A DNA stretch of 64,000 nucleotides from a virus. The translations under genes were made by a program, and so were the position numbers. Positions within the stretch are counted from its first letter, which is position 1; every line of letters begins with the position of its first letter. This document shows, piece by piece, positions 61,143-64,000 of the stretch. The notes under the pieces are model-generated. The model did no database searches. It worked only from the letters and a program-made list of their open reading frames with translations, and had not been told where the DNA came from. The stretch is from the IMG/VR virus record IMGVR_UViG_3300005613_000020, positions 1-64,000 of that record; one strand, given 5' to 3'.

Positions 61143-62067
61143 AAACCCTAGGTTGTTCTCCTGCTACTGCATTTACAATTGAAATTTTGTTTGTAATCAA
61201 AACTGCTCTATCAAAGTTGTAGTCCGTTCCTGCCTTTACGAACTCTCCTCGATCTTCAGCATCTGTAGCACTTGAATCTGCATCCCTATCAAAGGCTATG
61301 TACGTATCCCTAGTGAAAAATAGATGTCCATTTCTAAGTTCTGTTACGTGACGATATCTCCTCGAAGGTGAAGCATTAGCAGTTTCTAACCATTCATTAT
61401 CAAGTCCCTGCTCTCCGTCACAATAAACAGATGCGGTTTCAAGAGACTCTGCTTGTAAGCCATCCGCATAAAATACCGTTCCGTGCTGGGAACCTGTAAC
61501 AACATAAGCTCTTAGATTGGTATTTTCGATCATCTCGTCCTTTCCTATCTGTGCAACCGATCTCTGCCATGATGTAGAAAGGGTTACTGTATTTCCAGTA
61601 GCGATTGTATTACCAGAATCATCCTTAATTATTACTAGTGCCTCATCTCCACCAGCAGCGGCATCTCTCAGATATACGCTAACGCAAAGCGGTACTTTAG
61701 CCGGATATGATCCAAGATCCCAATATCCACCTTCATTATCCGCTGCATTATCTGGAGTAACTTCCATTGAAGTTGCACCATAAAGAAACGTAGTCCCATC
61801 GGTATCAAGGGTTGCTTCACTAGCAACCATACCAGTTGGAGGATTCCCAGCTCCAGGTAACGCAAAACTAGGATTTGTAATCATGTTGATTGTCTGTTGA
61901 CCAGCATCAACCGTAATAAGATCTTCCGCAGTTCCTGGAGTTGCTAACGTTAAATCAACGGGAAAGTTCTTTGACATTGGCCTTAGAGATTCCCTAGTAG
62001 ATGGGTCCCTTTCCCTAGGCCATTGGGCATAAACCCTAGCGTCTAACTTTGTTTGATATGCTCCCAT
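61120..62067 (-). CDS. virion protein with carbohydrate-binding-like jelly roll
   Basis: NMITNPSF...SVYLR...LSTSWQR...FYADGLQAE...YCDG. Confidence 0.65.
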   Translation of the reverse strand: MGAYQTKLDARVYAQWPRERDPSTRESLRPMSKNFPVDLTLATPGTAEDLITVDAGQQTINMITNPSFALPGAGNPPTGMVASEATLDTDGTTFLYGATSMEVTPDNAADNEGGYWDLGSYPAKVPLCVSVYLRDAAAGGDEALVIIKDDSGNTIATGNTVTLSTSWQRSVAQIGKDEMIENTNLRAYVVTGSQHGTVFYADGLQAESLETASVYCDGEQGLDNEWLETANASPSRRYRHVTELRNGHLFFTRDTYIAFDRDADSSATDAEDRGEFVKAGTDYNFDRAVLITNKISIVNAVAGEQPRVYGNFWGC

Positions 62068-62077
62068 AATTCACCTC

Positions 62078-62669
62078 TTACATCTGGATTTCGCCGGTTG
62101 CTAAGCATACTTGATACATTACCCCGCATTGCTTGCAGCGGAATCTTGCAATCTCATCACTATATTCCCAAGGTCTAGATTCTTGTGAGTCTCCAACACA
62201 TCCACAAACTGGACAGGATTGTTCGATTTCTTCTTGCTCTTTATTTCTGAGCTTGTGGATGAATTCAACCTTCTCCTCAACCTTTGGAGTTGCATCCAAC
62301 TTATCTACCAATTTCTCATGTGATTCATGCACTTCTTGCACAACCACAGGTTCTTCCCTTTGTACTGCATCAACTTTTCGTTCCTTCCGCACAGGTCGCA
62401 ACATTCCCTTCTTTTTTCCTGTTTTATACCTTTTACTGTGTGGTTTCATTGCTTTCCTCCTTCTGCCTTAACTCCTGCATTCTAGGACCTTGCCACCTTC
62501 TTCGATGTCCACATGCCCAACAAGAACACATTTGCGGAGTCTTTGAGGTCATTCCAATTCTCTTGTCGTCAATCCAATCTTCATCCAATTTCCAAACGTT
62601 TCTAAGCCAACCTCTTACCATTCTTCTCTTTCTATGTTCGCGATGCCTTCTCTCCGCTCGGTTTATCAT
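62078..62669 (-). CDS. two small hypothetical proteins (Zn ribbon 62078-62449; Arg-rich 62433-62669)
   Basis: CPVCG...CKQCG; CSCWACG. Confidence 0.55.
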
Positions 62670-62718
62670 TTTTCTCGCTAATGGCTTATTAACCCATTAT
62701 CCCAAAATATCGTGAATG

Positions 62719-62740
62719 GGGGAGGGATTAAACCCTCCCC
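62719..62740. terminator. hairpin
   Basis: GGGGAGGG-ATTAAA-CCCTCCCC. Confidence 0.5.
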
Positions 62741-62749
62741 ACAATCATC

Positions 62750-63154
62750 TTAACCCTCGTCGTAAAATTCGCCGCAAGGCTGGAAGAATACAACTGCACA
62801 AATATTTACTGCACCAGCATTATCACACTCTAGCTGAATCGTGATGTCGGTATCAGCTGCAAACTGTTGGCTACCAGCTACCGAACTGCAAACTTCAGCA
62901 TTTGTATCACCTTGGGCTGTCTCGGTATCTGTACCATCGGTTACAATAACTGACATATCGCCGGTTACGGTATCTGCCGAAGTTCCATATATCCTTCTAG
63001 CTATCACTGGAAACGGAAACTGAAGTATTAGAGCATCTACCGTTGTAGCATTTACCGATGCTTTGCAGCAAACCGGAATCAACGGCATATGGCCCTTACC
63101 ACAGAGGTCCACCATCCTTTTGGCTCCCTTCTTATAGCTCATTCGAACCTCCAA
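62750..63154 (-). CDS. putative capsid decoration protein
   Basis: Directly after the major capsid gene; beta-rich. Confidence 0.5.
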   Translation of the reverse strand: MEVRMSYKKGAKRMVDLCGKGHMPLIPVCCKASVNATTVDALILQFPFPVIARRIYGTSADTVTGDMSVIVTDGTDTETAQGDTNAEVCSSVAGSQQFAADTDITIQLECDNAGAVNICAVVFFQPCGEFYDEG

Positions 63155-63173
63155 AAATAAAATTTGTGGGATT

Positions 63174-63195
63174 GGGGGGGAAATTAATCCCCCCC
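63174..63195. terminator. hairpin after the major capsid gene
   Basis: G7-AAATTAAT-C7. Confidence 0.55.
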
Positions 63196-63211
63196 GAAGT
63201 CCCTGAGTTAA

Positions 63212-64000
63212 TTACGCATTGAGGTCAGAGATTCTACCCTGAACGTCGATCCTAAGAGCGCGAAGTTCAGCCATCATATACAGAAGGCCACGGACCACCA
63301 AAGCGTCCGCATGGAAGTAATCCCTATTCTCGTAGTACTGAGTGGGAAGCGCAACCGCGATCTCAAGATAGTCAGTATCGAGAACCATAATATCGGAACC
63401 AAGAACCGTACCAGAGTCATCAACGGACTTCATCTGGTCTGGGTCGGGAAGAATCGGAATGCCCATATAGGTTGAGAGAACAAGTCCAGTTCGGGTTCCA
63501 GGAAGGGTTCGCTCGTCGCCAACGCCAACCTGATACTCTTCGGTACCCATATAACGCTGTTGAGCCGACAGAAGTCGCTCCATCCTAAAATATTGATCCC
63601 AGCCCATTGTAATGAGCTTGGGTTCGCCACCAGCTTCGCGGATCTTCTGAATCTGAGTATCGATCATCGTGAGGGTAAGGTCTCTACCAGTTCCATCATT
63701 CCCATCGTAGTTTGCCAGAGCGGCATACCCACCAGCGGTTCTAGTTGTCAAATTGTAGCAATCGGGATTTACGGCATTGCCAGATCCGCCAACAATCATC
63801 CCATCCTCGCAACAAATGTCGCCAAGGGAGGTTAGAGCGGCACGGGACCGTACAAAGACGGTATCGCCAGCGGCAATGGCCGTTCCAGTTGCAATGGTCA
63901 CGGTTGTACCGGACACGTTGGACACGGCACGAGCGGTTCCATCAATTGCACCACCAGTCTCATCCCAAAAATCGACGGTATCGCCGATATGGAACTGGGA
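63212..64000 (-). CDS. major capsid protein, HK97-like (5' part outside the window)
   Basis: LTLTMID...GGEPKLI...YMGIPILPD...VLDTDYL...GRISDL; GC3-shifted codon usage; frame open to the edge. Confidence 0.8.
   Translation of the reverse strand, partial: SQFHIGDTVDFWDETGGAIDGTARAVSNVSGTTVTIATGTAIAAGDTVFVRSRAALTSLGDICCEDGMIVGGSGNAVNPDCYNLTTRTAGGYAALANYDGNDGTGRDLTLTMIDTQIQKIREAGGEPKLITMGWDQYFRMERLLSAQQRYMGTEEYQVGVGDERTLPGTRTGLVLSTYMGIPILPDPDQMKSVDDSGTVLGSDIMVLDTDYLEIAVALPTQYYENRDYFHADALVVRGLLYMMAELRALRIDVQGRISDLNA

Noticed and set aside
25-63835. Plus-strand ORFs in the track
   Set aside because: They are antisense shadows of minus-strand genes, lacking RBS sites and recognisable motifs.
1-64000. 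Genome-wide TAG reassignment
   Set aside because: Long genes have no internal TAG, many genes end in TAG directly before the next start, and no suppressor tRNA was seen.
1-64000. CRISPR array
   Set aside because: No regularly spaced 25-45 bp repeats were seen; the repeats found are intragenic or dispersed promoters.
1-64000. Archaeal host
   Set aside because: TATAAT promoters with 17-bp spacing and the C1:G72 tRNA-Pro favour bacteria; the phylum cannot be fixed from this window.

Overview
The window is 64 kb of a large tailed dsDNA virus with siphovirus-like gene order, and essentially all real genes are on the minus strand. Sigma70-like -10 boxes, GGAGG Shine-Dalgarno sites and a C1:G72 tRNA-Pro point to a bacterial host. 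The right half (~36.4-64 kb) is the virion module: partial major capsid gene, ~18 kb of large repeat-rich fibre/decoration genes, head-tail adaptor, tail terminator, tail tube, tail chaperone with a -1 frameshift, short tape measure, tail tip proteins and two free-standing HNH endonucleases. The left half (~1-36 kb) is an early/accessory region of many small ORFs plus an intein-containing DnaB-like helicase, two RNA ligases, three tRNAs, nucleotide-metabolism enzymes, three DNA methyltransferases, and an IscB/omegaRNA element that splits a Pol-beta nucleotidyltransferase gene. The standout finding is at 4484-7115, where the virus carries an integron-type cassette array with no integrase in the window. 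Three short attC sites have R''/R' cores that interlock as expected after sequential IntI-mediated insertion, two cassettes encode DNA methyltransferases, and removing the cassettes rebuilds a symmetric attI-like site. All calls come from reading the sequence and recognising motifs; no database searches were run.
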